64,000 bases of DNA from an uncultured Gammaproteobacteria bacterium (GTDB taxonomy: Bacteria > Patescibacteriota > Microgenomatia > JAMCZE01), in NCBI GenBank assembly GCA_964641255.1, contig CAZXMM010000001.1:681795-745794 (forward strand), given 5' to 3'. The position numbers were made by a program, and so were the translations under genes. Below the pieces are notes generated by a model, which saw only the letters and a list, made by a program, of their open reading frames with translations, had not been told where the DNA came from and did not search any database. Of the stretch, positions 9,432 to 19,075 are shown piece by piece (within the stretch, counting starts at the first letter, position 1; the number at the start of each line of letters is the position of its first letter).

Positions 9432-11321
9432 ATGTCAAAACCCGAAGTTAAAGAAGTAAAAATCACCAAGACAGCCAGATATCAACCTTCAGAGCGTGAG
9501 CAGGAGCTTCTGACTAAATGGAAAGCTAGATTCAAACGTGCCAAGGAGTTTCGGGATCCGTATCAAGCCAAATGGCTACGGATGTACAGACTTTATCGAG
9601 CCTATCAACACAAACAAAACTACGCTTACAACACCCGTCTCATGCCTCCGATCGCTTTTGAAATAGTCAAAACTGTTGTATCCAGGCTGGCCACGGCAAA
9701 ACGCAAAACAAGAGTCATCCCAAGAGAAAAAGCAGATATTCAATCGACATCCCTCGGATCTTGGGCCGATTTAGTGAATTATGACTTTGACATCATCGAG
9801 TTAGCAAAGAAGCTGCCCAACTGGATTGAGTCATCAGTTTTGTACGGGAACGGGATAGTTAAGCTTGCTTGGAAAATAATTAACAGAAAACGGTCAAACG
9901 GCTCAATAAAAACTATTTACGATGACCCCACCATGATTCTCTGTGACTTGTGGGATTTTCTACCTGCTCCGGAAACTGAAGACCTCCAGGAAGGATGTCC
10001 CTGGCTTATTCACCGTATTGTTAAACCAAAAGAAAAGATTACTAAAGAAGAAGAAAAACGGGGTGATAACAAAATCTACAAGAATCTTGAGTTTTGTGAG
10101 CCTAAAGTAGTTGAGGACTGGAAGAAAGAGCGCTACGAGATTAACACCAAGAAAATGTCCCAAATTGATGGCGATATCAAAAAAGCTGAAACGGGCGAGC
10201 AAAAAGTGCTTCAGGTCAAAAATGATCAGGAAAAACAACTGGAACTCTGGGAGTGCTGGGACTACGAAGAGGATCAGCTGATAGTGATCGCCAATGGTGA
10301 AGTAGTTATTCGCGATGACGAGAATCCTTATCTTGATGTTAACAACGGCCACATTTTTGTGGATCTTCCTGATATGTCACTCCTTTGGGAATTCTGGGCA
10401 ACCGGCCACGTTGAACCCGTTGAAAGTACAATCATGGAAATTTCTGACCTACGGAACCAAAGAATGGATGATGTGGTGTTAATGCTCGACCCAGTGGTAA
10501 AAATCCGCAAGGATACCGGCATTACCAAAAATGACATCATTTTCTCTCCAGGGGCAGTTTGGGAACTACGAAAAATGGATGACGTGGTGATTGAACGACC
10601 GCCAGACATTAGCTTAATGGGCGTCAACGAAGACAAGTTGCTCCGTGATGAAATCTCAAGAACTCTTGCCCTAGGAGAATACTTGCAGGGATTACCACAA
10701 TCATCCGGTGAGCCACTTGGCAAAGTAGCAATGCTGTTAGGTCAGAGCAATCTAAGACTAAGCATGAATGCCCAAAACATTTCAAATGCTCTAACCGTTG
10801 TAGCAAACATTCTTATTCAGCTTAACCGTGAATTTATCGGAGAAGACAAACTCTATCGCATTGTTGGCAATAGTGTCGACTTTAAGGAGTTCAAGTCTGA
10901 GGATAAGAAAATCCAGGTAGACGCGATTGTTGAAGTTGAGCCGGTCATCCCACCGGATAAGCAGGCCAGACTTAACCAGATATTGCTTCTTTATGACAAA
11001 TTCATAGCTCAGGATAAACCTGATCCAAATAGTGTGGCTGATGTAAAACGTTGGTTAGTCCGCAAGCGTGCTCTACAGAAAATGATTCTGGAGGAACTCG
11101 ACCTCGACCAGTATGTCGACATTCTCCTTGGACCGGAAGTAGCTAAAATTGAGGAAGAAACCGAAGAAGTATTACCAAAAGGGGCGCCGGTAGCCCCTGT
11201 AGCGCCTTTTGAGAGGGATTTACCACCTCAGCCGACTAGTTCACCATCCAAATCAACAAACAACAAGATTCGGCAGTTAATAGGTAAAATTCCGCTCCTT
11301 GGCAAGGCATTGAGTTCTTAG
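9432..11321 (+). CDS. Phage portal (head-tail connector), T7-like
   Basis: 629 aa. N-terminal RDPYQAKW..YRLYRAY and LVNYDFDIIELAKKLPNWIESSVLYGNGIVKL resemble T7 gp8 regions (RAPYETRA..., NYIESNSYRVTLFEALKQLVVAGNVLL), recalled from memory. Confidence 0.55.
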   Translation: MSKPEVKEVKITKTARYQPSEREQELLTKWKARFKRAKEFRDPYQAKWLRMYRLYRAYQHKQNYAYNTRLMPPIAFEIVKTVVSRLATAKRKTRVIPREKADIQSTSLGSWADLVNYDFDIIELAKKLPNWIESSVLYGNGIVKLAWKIINRKRSNGSIKTIYDDPTMILCDLWDFLPAPETEDLQEGCPWLIHRIVKPKEKITKEEEKRGDNKIYKNLEFCEPKVVEDWKKERYEINTKKMSQIDGDIKKAETGEQKVLQVKNDQEKQLELWECWDYEEDQLIVIANGEVVIRDDENPYLDVNNGHIFVDLPDMSLLWEFWATGHVEPVESTIMEISDLRNQRMDDVVLMLDPVVKIRKDTGITKNDIIFSPGAVWELRKMDDVVIERPPDISLMGVNEDKLLRDEISRTLALGEYLQGLPQSSGEPLGKVAMLLGQSNLRLSMNAQNISNALTVVANILIQLNREFIGEDKLYRIVGNSVDFKEFKSEDKKIQVDAIVEVEPVIPPDKQARLNQILLLYDKFIAQDKPDPNSVADVKRWLVRKRALQKMILEELDLDQYVDILLGPEVAKIEEETEEVLPKGAPVAPVAPFERDLPPQPTSSPSKSTNNKIRQLIGKIPLLGKALSS

Positions 11322-11474
11322 TGGTAAATTTTTGCCTGAAGTCGTGTTACTTCTTTTGTATTTGTTTCCAGAGCCAAACACCCAAGAGTACTAAATCAAC
11401 CAAAACGATGATTGTAAAGAGACTTCCGAAAAGTCCGAATCCTCCCATCATACCTCCATATCGGCCAAAACCCA

Positions 11475-11699
11475 TCATAAATGGTCACCTCCTTTTATTA
11501 TTGCCTCCGTCTGTTTTGGAGGACATTTTGTATCTGCATAGGAACAAAAGACACAGCAAACACCTTCTTTGGGTTTCAACATGTCGCCGCAATTCTGACA
11601 TTTATAAAAATGCTGGCAGGCATCAGTTGGCATCTCGGCCTCCTGTGTCGTGTGGCAATTGGGACAAGTAAGATGTGCTTTTGTAACAACTTGATTCAT
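11475..11699 (-). CDS. GDCCVxC-domain small metal-binding protein
   Basis: 74 aa with CPNC, CQNCGD, GVCCVFC, a GDCCVxC-type cysteine pattern. Confidence 0.6.
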   Translation of the reverse strand: MNQVVTKAHLTCPNCHTTQEAEMPTDACQHFYKCQNCGDMLKPKEGVCCVFCSYADTKCPPKQTEAIIKGGDHL

Positions 11700-11711
11700 A
11701 AGCCAAGCAGA

Positions 11712-12176
11712 TCACTTCTGACTTTCCAAGTATATTTTCAAATTTATTCCCTCTTCCCGGATGTGCTTTCTGGCAGCAGCCGGTTCTACGAACAGGTTTG
11801 CAAGTCTATCAAGAATTCCGTATTTATCCCCATACTCGACATACGCAATCAGTCTCGATTTATTATCCGAAATTTTTTCTATCTGAAAATAGCCTTTTCC
11901 GGTTTTCAGTAGCGAGAAAGGGAAAGCCGGCTTATATTCTATATATTCGTTCGTCTTAATATCCGTAACTCTTGCAATCAGGTACAGGGGAAAGCCGCCG
12001 ATACGTTCCAGAAAATGAAATACACAACCCTTCTTTGATAATGTTCCTGAAATTGTTTTGCAGAAAACGTGGTCTTTGTGGTGCCATGTTTTGTAAAGCA
12101 GATCAATATGGGTTAAAAATCCGAAAACTGATTTGGCAGGAGCATTAATAAAAGTTTCTTCTTTTAGTGTAATCAT
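11712..12176 (-). CDS. SRPBCC (Bet v1/START-like) family protein
   Basis: 154 aa. Size and pattern fit a polyketide-cyclase/AHSA1-like fold. Weak call. Confidence 0.4.
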   Translation of the reverse strand: MITLKEETFINAPAKSVFGFLTHIDLLYKTWHHKDHVFCKTISGTLSKKGCVFHFLERIGGFPLYLIARVTDIKTNEYIEYKPAFPFSLLKTGKGYFQIEKISDNKSRLIAYVEYGDKYGILDRLANLFVEPAAARKHIREEGINLKIYLESQK

Positions 12177-12200
12177 ATTCTTATTTTCTCTTATCGGACA

Positions 12201-14420
12201 TTACTTTTGAATAGGTTCCGCGTTATTATCCGACGGTGCCTGTGGCTTGGGAATCTTTTTTAATGTTCTCGTATAAATCACCACTTTTGCATCCTTCATA
12301 AGTTTTGAGGAAAGCTGCTCGGAAAGCTGTGCGTGCTTCTCCTGAGTCAGACGTTCTTTAATAAATTCCTTCGAGTCTTCAAAGCTCAATTGTTCCGGCT
12401 CCGAACGGTCAAGGACTTCAACGATATAGATGTAGCCATTGGCCTCAAACGGCGTACCGATTTCTCCTTTGGGAATAGCCTGAACCTGCTCATGATATTG
12501 ATGTTTAACAATTTCTCCCATAAGATCCATTTCTTCCTCAACCCATTCTGTTACCTCGCCCCCCTTATCTTTGGTTTCTTCGTCTTCCGAATATTGCTTG
12601 GCAACAGAGGCAAAATCCTCTCCTTTTTTTAGTGGACCGGGAACGAGCTTTTTATATGCTTCGTTAGCTTTGTCGAAGGCTTTTTTATGCTCATCGTCGG
12701 TTGCGTTATCAGAGCCACCCGCACGGATGACAATCTGGCGGACTCTTGACTTAGCAGGTTTTATAAATTGTGATTTATTACGGTTGTAGTAATCCTCGAT
12801 TTCTTTATCTTCGATTTTAATTTTCTCATCGACTTCCTCCTGTTCAAGCATCTGAGCCAGGACTTTCAGGCGCATCTCATCTTTGCGCTCCTTTGTTTCA
12901 GTCTGGGATACCTGGCTTAAACTGTCTTCGTATAACAGCAGGCGCTCGATAATTTTCTCAACCAGTGCCTGCTTACCTTCAGTGCCGGCATATGAAGACA
13001 GAAACGAAAGCGGTAGTTCCTGATATTCTTCCCAGAATTCACCCAAAGTAAACCGTTTACCGTTGACGGTAAAGAGTGTCCTGTCGGCATTATCGGTATA
13101 GTATTTCTTTTCCGTCTCGATCAGGACTGCCGTTTGCACCTGTGAGCGGACTTCCTCAAAACTCTGCTGCCGTTCCGGCTGTTTGGAACTAAGTCTGGCA
13201 ATAACAAATGCGTCTTTGTCGGCAATAACATCGCTTATCTGCTCCGGATCCAGCCGGAAGATAGCTTCTTCATAACCAGGATCGTTTTCTCCTTTTGTCC
13301 TGGTTACTCCGGTCTGGGGAAGCGGAGAGCCGGTTATTTCCTGATACACCTGACCGAAGTCGCTTCCGGAGCGGATTTTGGATAAAGTCTGTTCGGCTTT
13401 TTCTTTAGCCTTCTTTTCATCAGTGCCTTTCGGAATGCGGATTTCGTAAACAACGGCTTGGGCTTTGACTAGATATTTATCTTTATTGGCATCATAGTAG
13501 TTACGCAGTTCCCAGTCGGCAGGGTCAGGAATAGCCAACACTGCCGGATCGCGGGTAATTGAGGCTCTATTTTTCAGGCCGGTAATGTAGTTCTGGACAA
13601 ACTGATCTTCCTTTTCGCTTTGCAGCTTCGTTTTTATTTCCTCACGTACGTCGGTCAGCGTTTTATCTCCGAAATCTTTTCTGTTGGCATCATAGTAGGC
13701 GCCGATATCACCCTCAGTTACTCCGAGTTGCCCTTTGTGCATCTGGGCATGAAGTTCATTCAGGTTTATTTCCTCAGTGATATGCTTCATCACATGGGAA
13801 AATTCTTTATCCTGGTCGGGTTTGCGGGTAGCCTGCCAGCGTTTGACGATTTCATCGGTGATCATTTCCTGGACGATCAGTGCATACCCTTGGGGAGACT
13901 TTAGCTGCTTTTGCGTTTCTTCGTCCTCAACAAGTGAAACCAGGTGTTTTTCAACATCTTCAATGGTGATTCTACCCCCGTCATATGCGGCAACGACGTC
14001 GGGAGCGGGCGGCCAGGGAGCAAAAATGTCTTCACGGAATCTGAAAACAAGGAAAGCGAGAACCACAATGACACCCAAAATAATTTTCTTCTTTTTAGAT
14101 AAGTGAATTTTGGGTAGAGGTAACCGTAATGGCTTACTTTCAGGCGGTTGCTCTCCGGCTTTTGTGGGTTCTATGGATTGTTCCGGATGAACTTCCTGAG
14201 GAGTAATTTCCTTCGGAATATCAACAACCTCCTTATCAAGTGTCTTTTTCCCGGATTGAATCCGCTCCGGTTTTTTTGGCAGAGGTTTCTGCTTCCGATC
14301 ACCACCGGAAAAACCCAGAGACTGCCGGATGTCAGTAAATACCTGACCCCAGCCCTCACCGGATTTGTCTTTAGCGGCTGCTTTCGGTTTGTGGTGGGAA
14401 GACATTGACTTTTGTTTCAT
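12201..14420 (-). CDS. Membrane-anchored periplasmic chaperone, PpiD/SurA-like (tentative)
   Basis: 739 aa, N-terminal TM helix (ILGVIVVLAFLVF), K/E-rich. Operon context with hflKC. Parvulin motif not clearly seen. Confidence 0.4.
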   Translation of the reverse strand: MKQKSMSSHHKPKAAAKDKSGEGWGQVFTDIRQSLGFSGGDRKQKPLPKKPERIQSGKKTLDKEVVDIPKEITPQEVHPEQSIEPTKAGEQPPESKPLRLPLPKIHLSKKKKIILGVIVVLAFLVFRFREDIFAPWPPAPDVVAAYDGGRITIEDVEKHLVSLVEDEETQKQLKSPQGYALIVQEMITDEIVKRWQATRKPDQDKEFSHVMKHITEEINLNELHAQMHKGQLGVTEGDIGAYYDANRKDFGDKTLTDVREEIKTKLQSEKEDQFVQNYITGLKNRASITRDPAVLAIPDPADWELRNYYDANKDKYLVKAQAVVYEIRIPKGTDEKKAKEKAEQTLSKIRSGSDFGQVYQEITGSPLPQTGVTRTKGENDPGYEEAIFRLDPEQISDVIADKDAFVIARLSSKQPERQQSFEEVRSQVQTAVLIETEKKYYTDNADRTLFTVNGKRFTLGEFWEEYQELPLSFLSSYAGTEGKQALVEKIIERLLLYEDSLSQVSQTETKERKDEMRLKVLAQMLEQEEVDEKIKIEDKEIEDYYNRNKSQFIKPAKSRVRQIVIRAGGSDNATDDEHKKAFDKANEAYKKLVPGPLKKGEDFASVAKQYSEDEETKDKGGEVTEWVEEEMDLMGEIVKHQYHEQVQAIPKGEIGTPFEANGYIYIVEVLDRSEPEQLSFEDSKEFIKERLTQEKHAQLSEQLSSKLMKDAKVVIYTRTLKKIPKPQAPSDNNAEPIQK

Positions 14421-15504
14421 TTCCTTCCAGTAATTTTAGATTAACCCGTTCTCCCGGTTTAACAATATACGTAACGATTCTGGGAAATATTTTCTCCATC
14501 CGTTCCAGGTACAGCCGGAAGCGAGTGACCTGCTCTCCGTAAATACTGCTGTTGGTTCTGTACTGCGTCAAAATCTCATTGAAGGCCACCGCTGAACCGC
14601 TGGCTTCATTGATTTGCGCAGTCGCTGAACTGCTGGCTTCGGTGATGAGCTTCTGCGCCTGACCACGGGCTTCCGGAATGACACTGTTTTTATACCCTTC
14701 GGCTTCATTGACAGTCTTGCTTTTATCCTCTCTAGCGCTTGAGACGTCACGGAACGCGTCAGCTACTTCGTCCGGCGGATAGGCCTTTTGAAAATTAACG
14801 CTGACCACAGCCAGACCGCTGTTATACCCGTCAAGCAGGGTCTGTGTCTCTTTCTGCAGCCGGTTCAAAACACTCTGGCGCTCCGAGGTAAGGATGTTAT
14901 CAACAGCTGTCTCTGCGCTCACTTTGGTCACTGCCGCCCGTACGGCATCCCGGACAATCTGATACGGCGCATAGTCAATATTAAACAAATAATCGGCGGG
15001 TTCCCTGATCTGGTACTGGACAATGACCTCGTAATCAACAATATTAGTGTCCCCGCTTAACACCTGCAATTTACCCGGTTGTTCGGGATGTTTGGGATGC
15101 TCCGGTTCGGGGCTCAGGAGGCCGACGCTTTCGCGTCTGACTTCGGAAACATTCACAATGGTTTCGCGGTCAACCGGCCACGGCAGACGATAATGCAGAC
15201 CTTCCGATACTTTGGGACTGACTACTTTGCCGAAACGGGTAACTACCGCCGCTTCTCCGGGTTTAACGATATAAATGCCGGAAAGAAAATAAACGGCCAC
15301 AATAATTTTGACAATATTCCCGGAAATATAGCGGGCATTGACGTGGGCAAAGGCCTGTTTGATGTCAGCCAGGGATGATGATCCGTCGGCTGACCGGATT
15401 TTGGCCATAACAGACTGAATCAACCGCACCAGTATACCGACAACCGTGAGTATGCGTTTGGTGATCTCTGCTAACAGTTGTTTTATTTTGTTCATTTGTT
15501 CCAT
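14371..15504 (-). CDS. hflK: HflK-like SPFH/band-7 protein
   Basis: TM helix then SPFH core (GEAAVVTRFGKV, DEVADAFRDVSSAREDK, YKNSVIPEARGQAQK). Confidence 0.75.
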   Translation of the reverse strand: MEQMNKIKQLLAEITKRILTVVGILVRLIQSVMAKIRSADGSSSLADIKQAFAHVNARYISGNIVKIIVAVYFLSGIYIVKPGEAAVVTRFGKVVSPKVSEGLHYRLPWPVDRETIVNVSEVRRESVGLLSPEPEHPKHPEQPGKLQVLSGDTNIVDYEVIVQYQIREPADYLFNIDYAPYQIVRDAVRAAVTKVSAETAVDNILTSERQSVLNRLQKETQTLLDGYNSGLAVVSVNFQKAYPPDEVADAFRDVSSAREDKSKTVNEAEGYKNSVIPEARGQAQKLITEASSSATAQINEASGSAVAFNEILTQYRTNSSIYGEQVTRFRLYLERMEKIFPRIVTYIVKPGERVNLKLLEGNETKVNVFPPQTESSR

Positions 15505-15568
15505 ATAAAGATACCGACACTTCTTTACTTATCTTTCTTCACGATTTCAGTGCTTCATCTCAATCCGC

Positions 15569-16501
15569 TTACGGATTGAGATATTTTAAGAGCTCTGAAT
15601 CTGAAGGAAGAATAAGCGTTGTGCCCTGATTTATGACCTTGTCGTATGACTCAAGCGTACGCAGGAACTGGTAAAATGCCGGATCCTTACCAAATGCCTG
15701 AGCATAAATCCGGATTGCCTGAGCCTCACCCTCTCCCTTAATCCGGTTTGATTCTTCCTGGGCTTTAGACAAAAGAGTGGTTTTCTCGGCATCTGCTTCG
15801 GCTCTGATCTTTGTTGCTTCTTCAGTACCCTCAGAGCGCAGCTGCCTGGCTATCTGCTGGCGTTCTGCGCGCATACGCTGAAATACGCTTTGTCTGTTTG
15901 CCTCAGGGAAGTTAAGCTGTTTGAGCCGCACATCGGCAACTTTAAAACCGTACGAGCGTGTACGCTCATCTGTTTGCTTGGTAAGACCCGCAAGCATTTC
16001 ATCCAGCTTCATCTGGCTTTGGTCGGTAGTGACCAGATTAGTCAACTCATACTGCGACAGTGCCACTCCGAGCTCGGACGTGAGAATATCGGATAGTCGT
16101 GATGATGCTCCCTGGGCATCTCTGACACTTTTGAAAAACTGTACCGGGTCATCTATCTGCCAGGTGGCATAGGCTTCTACTAAAATATTTTTCTTGTCCT
16201 TGGTCAGAAACTCCGTTTCGGTCAGATTATGGACCTGGATCCTTTTATCAAGTTTGATGAGATTTTGCAGCGGATCGGGAAGCTTGACATACAACCCCGG
16301 CTCTTTAATGGCGCGGACGGGACTGCCGAACTGTGAAACGATAGCGTATTGTGTCGCGTCTACCTGAAACGCAACCAAAGTTGAAAGAATCAGTAAAATT
16401 CCGACTCCTAAACCAATTAACATTTTCGGCTGACGCAGCATCTGCCAACTGATTCTGCTTCTTGCCTGATCTATGAATGATGATTGTGTTCTGTTTCTCA
16501 T
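15569..16501 (-). CDS. hflC: HflC-like SPFH protein
   Basis: Start moved to ATG at 16501 (GGAGGTG RBS, MRNRTQSS). The longer track ORF overlaps the upstream gene. YAIVSQFGSP and RIYAQAFGKDPAFYQFLRTLESY are HflC-like. Confidence 0.75.
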   Translation of the reverse strand: MRNRTQSSFIDQARSRISWQMLRQPKMLIGLGVGILLILSTLVAFQVDATQYAIVSQFGSPVRAIKEPGLYVKLPDPLQNLIKLDKRIQVHNLTETEFLTKDKKNILVEAYATWQIDDPVQFFKSVRDAQGASSRLSDILTSELGVALSQYELTNLVTTDQSQMKLDEMLAGLTKQTDERTRSYGFKVADVRLKQLNFPEANRQSVFQRMRAERQQIARQLRSEGTEEATKIRAEADAEKTTLLSKAQEESNRIKGEGEAQAIRIYAQAFGKDPAFYQFLRTLESYDKVINQGTTLILPSDSELLKYLNP

Positions 16502-16514
16502 AAATTCACCTCCT

Positions 16515-18068
16515 TTACGGCTGGGCAGTTTTTCCATTAGTAATCCACAAATCGGTGGAATTAGTTTCCACCCGCGGATCGAGAATGTATTTTTTAATGT
16601 TTGGCAATACTTTTTCCAGAGACTCAAGGTATAAGCGGGTACGGGTAACCTGGGGAGCATTCTGGTAGGCAGTGAGTTTTTTACTGAAACGTTCTGCTTC
16701 ACCGGTGGCAAGCGCGATCTTACTGGCTTTTTCCGCTTCTGCAGTGGTCACCTGTTTAGTAGCTTCTCCCCGGGCAACAGCGACTGTTTCGTTTTTATAC
16801 GCCAGGGCTTCATTCATATATGTGTTTTTGTCTTCTCTAGCACTGGCCACATCCAAAAATGCGTCAGCTACTTCGCCCGGCGGAGTCACCGAAAGCAGTT
16901 GAACATTGGTTACTTTTATTCCGGTGTTATGTTCTTTGAGTAAATTTTGCGTCCCGCTCGTAGTTTGTGCCAAGATCGCACTTCTTGAAGCGGTTAACAA
17001 ATCGTCGACACCTCTTTGAGCAACCGCGGCTCTAAACGCTGTTTCCGTCTCTTTGGCAAGTAAATTTTCCGGATTTTGGATGCTAAAAAGATAATCGGCG
17101 GGATTCGTAATCGTATACTGAACTGTTAATTTGGTATTAATAAGGTTCGTGTCACCGGTAAGCACTAAAGATGCGTCCGTCTGAACCTGGCGCACTTCGT
17201 CCACATTGACTCTGGCTATGGTATCAACCAGAGGAACCCGGGCATGCAGCCCTGGCCCGAACGAACCGACAACTTTTCCGAATCTGGAAACAACGGCCTG
17301 TTCGCCCATGGGAACGGTATAGACACCGGAAAGCAGGATAAAAAGAACCGCAATTCCTCCGAGGTACGCGAGCATCCGCTTATTATGCAAAAAGGCCAGA
17401 TGATGGTGTCCTTCAATATGATTGGGTAATGCCTGTTTGGTCCGCAGGGCATGAATGGCTGACTCGGCAATTTCCCAGCCGGAAGTAACGATCAGAACAA
17501 TCACAAATATCGCGGCCAGTTTATCCAGAGCAGGAAACCCAACGGCAGCAGCAATAAGCCCTACAACGACAAGAACCGAAGCATACAGATCCATCCGCGA
17601 ATGATATCCGCTGGCAATAAGGGAAAGGGAATTGGTGGCACGACCAACGAACTCTTTGTACCTTGCAGTGAAGTAGGTAATGGCTATAGTTAAAAATGCC
17701 CCGATGGTCACCAGCCAGATATTTCTGAGATCAGGTGTTTCTGAGGCGCCGGTTACTTCCCGGAAAATATCCAGCGCCGAGAAAAACATCAGACCGGAGA
17801 CGATCAGGGCAACGATATTTTCAATTGTTCCCGCCTGCAACCGACGTCTGGCTTCCCAGGCCGCAGATAAAAGCCCTAAAAGTACAAAGACGGAAACAAA
17901 GACATCCCCGACAGAATGCCAGGCACTGGCTTTAAGTGATAAACTACCCGATGAGGAAGCGAGGAAAAACTTGAGAAGGACGAGAATTACATTAGCAACA
18001 ATGGTGACGACAATGGTTTTTTCTTTCCGGTTCATAGTTAGGTAATATGAAATCTCTGGGCAGCACAA
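16515..18068 (-). CDS. Fusion: cation-diffusion-facilitator-like TM domain plus HflK-like SPFH domain
   Basis: N-terminal 6-TM region with CDF-like HxxxD motifs (AWHSVGD, SGYHSRMD). C-terminal GEQAVVSRFGKV...ADAFLDVASAREDK...YKNETVAVARGEATK is HflK-like. Confidence 0.6.
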   Translation of the reverse strand: MCCPEISYYLTMNRKEKTIVVTIVANVILVLLKFFLASSSGSLSLKASAWHSVGDVFVSVFVLLGLLSAAWEARRRLQAGTIENIVALIVSGLMFFSALDIFREVTGASETPDLRNIWLVTIGAFLTIAITYFTARYKEFVGRATNSLSLIASGYHSRMDLYASVLVVVGLIAAAVGFPALDKLAAIFVIVLIVTSGWEIAESAIHALRTKQALPNHIEGHHHLAFLHNKRMLAYLGGIAVLFILLSGVYTVPMGEQAVVSRFGKVVGSFGPGLHARVPLVDTIARVNVDEVRQVQTDASLVLTGDTNLINTKLTVQYTITNPADYLFSIQNPENLLAKETETAFRAAVAQRGVDDLLTASRSAILAQTTSGTQNLLKEHNTGIKVTNVQLLSVTPPGEVADAFLDVASAREDKNTYMNEALAYKNETVAVARGEATKQVTTAEAEKASKIALATGEAERFSKKLTAYQNAPQVTRTRLYLESLEKVLPNIKKYILDPRVETNSTDLWITNGKTAQP

Positions 18069-18083
18069 TAACTTATTATTTTA

Positions 18084-18096
18084 CTACAAATTGTAG
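18084..18096. promoter_or_regulatory. BlaI/MecI-family operator dyad CTACA-AAT-TGTAG
   Basis: Perfect 5+3+5 palindrome, identical 15-mer (TACTACAAATTGTAG) to the site at 31328..31342. Lies between the dsbA-like gene (18139) and the CDF-hflK operon start (18068). Confidence 0.45.
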
Positions 18097-18138
18097 GAGA
18101 TTTATCGGCTGAATTCAAGAGGTTGAAGTATCAGCAGT

Positions 18139-19071
18139 TTACCAAAATTTAAAACCCTTAAGTATCCGTTCATAAACCCGGTAGGGTTTGGGGCCGACTA
18201 AACCTTTACCGTTTATTAACACCAGCGGCGTGCCGTAGATATTGGTTTTCTCAAGCTCAATCCGTTGCGCAACGACGGCCGCCTGGGTTTGGGGAGACTG
18301 ACTGCAGGCATTGATTGCTGCCACATCATACCCCAACTCGCCAAGGATTTTTTCTACAAATTCTTTTTTGGAAATATCTTCCTTGGAGTTGGCAAAGAGT
18401 CTATCGTTTAACTGCCAGTATTTATTCTGATCCTGGTTATACGCACAGTAGCCGATCGGGAGGAGATACAGCATTTCCTCTTTGATGGGATAATGGGCAA
18501 AAGTGTAGTTAACCTGATTTTCAGAAATAAGTTTCTGGATAAGCGGGTATGCTTTTCTGGTATAGTCGCAGCTGTAACAACCAATGAGCACTACCGAATC
18601 CTTGACCCCTTTATCAACAGTTGGGAAAAGACTTAGATCAACGTTGGCAAGAGTCACCTTGCTCTCATCTCCAGCTCCGTCTACACAACTGCCGCCGGTC
18701 TGAGAAACTTTATTGTTTTCTCCTTTAGGATCCAGAGCGCAAAAGCCCGTTTTATTAAGTCCGTTACAGCTGCCGTACATGTAATAGTTGTACAATCCTT
18801 TGCCTGTCCAGAAAATGCTCGCAACGGTCGTGATAAACAAGATCCAGGAAAGCAACTCAAAGTGTCTGTTGACTATCCTGGCTGCAACAGCAGAACGGGA
18901 AAGTAGTGTCCCTACCAACTGTGCTTTCATCTTTTCTTTAAACCCTGTGGTGCAGGGACGAAGTGTGATCCGCCTAAAAACGCAATCAAAAGCCTCCCTG
19001 GCCAACCGCCGGTGAGAGGCGCTGAATATGCTGATAATTGATAAAGCGATAAACGCTAAAATACAAAACAT
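18139..19071 (-). CDS. Membrane-anchored thioredoxin-fold protein, DsbA-like
   Basis: Two N-terminal TM helices, CYSC (CxxC) motif, C-terminal YGTPLVLINGK cis-Pro loop region. Confidence 0.5.
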   Translation of the reverse strand: MFCILAFIALSIISIFSASHRRLAREAFDCVFRRITLRPCTTGFKEKMKAQLVGTLLSRSAVAARIVNRHFELLSWILFITTVASIFWTGKGLYNYYMYGSCNGLNKTGFCALDPKGENNKVSQTGGSCVDGAGDESKVTLANVDLSLFPTVDKGVKDSVVLIGCYSCDYTRKAYPLIQKLISENQVNYTFAHYPIKEEMLYLLPIGYCAYNQDQNKYWQLNDRLFANSKEDISKKEFVEKILGELGYDVAAINACSQSPQTQAAVVAQRIELEKTNIYGTPLVLINGKGLVGPKPYRVYERILKGFKFW

Positions 19072-19075
19072 AGGT

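Noticed and set aside
11321-11671. 116-aa plus ORF after the portal stop
   Set aside because: Low-complexity P/L/I-rich translation that overlaps the GDCCVxC gene on the other strand.
16502-16711. N-terminal 70-aa extension of the hflC ORF in the track
   Set aside because: It overlaps the upstream CDF-hflK gene. An internal ATG at 16501 has a GGAGGTG RBS and begins the conserved region.
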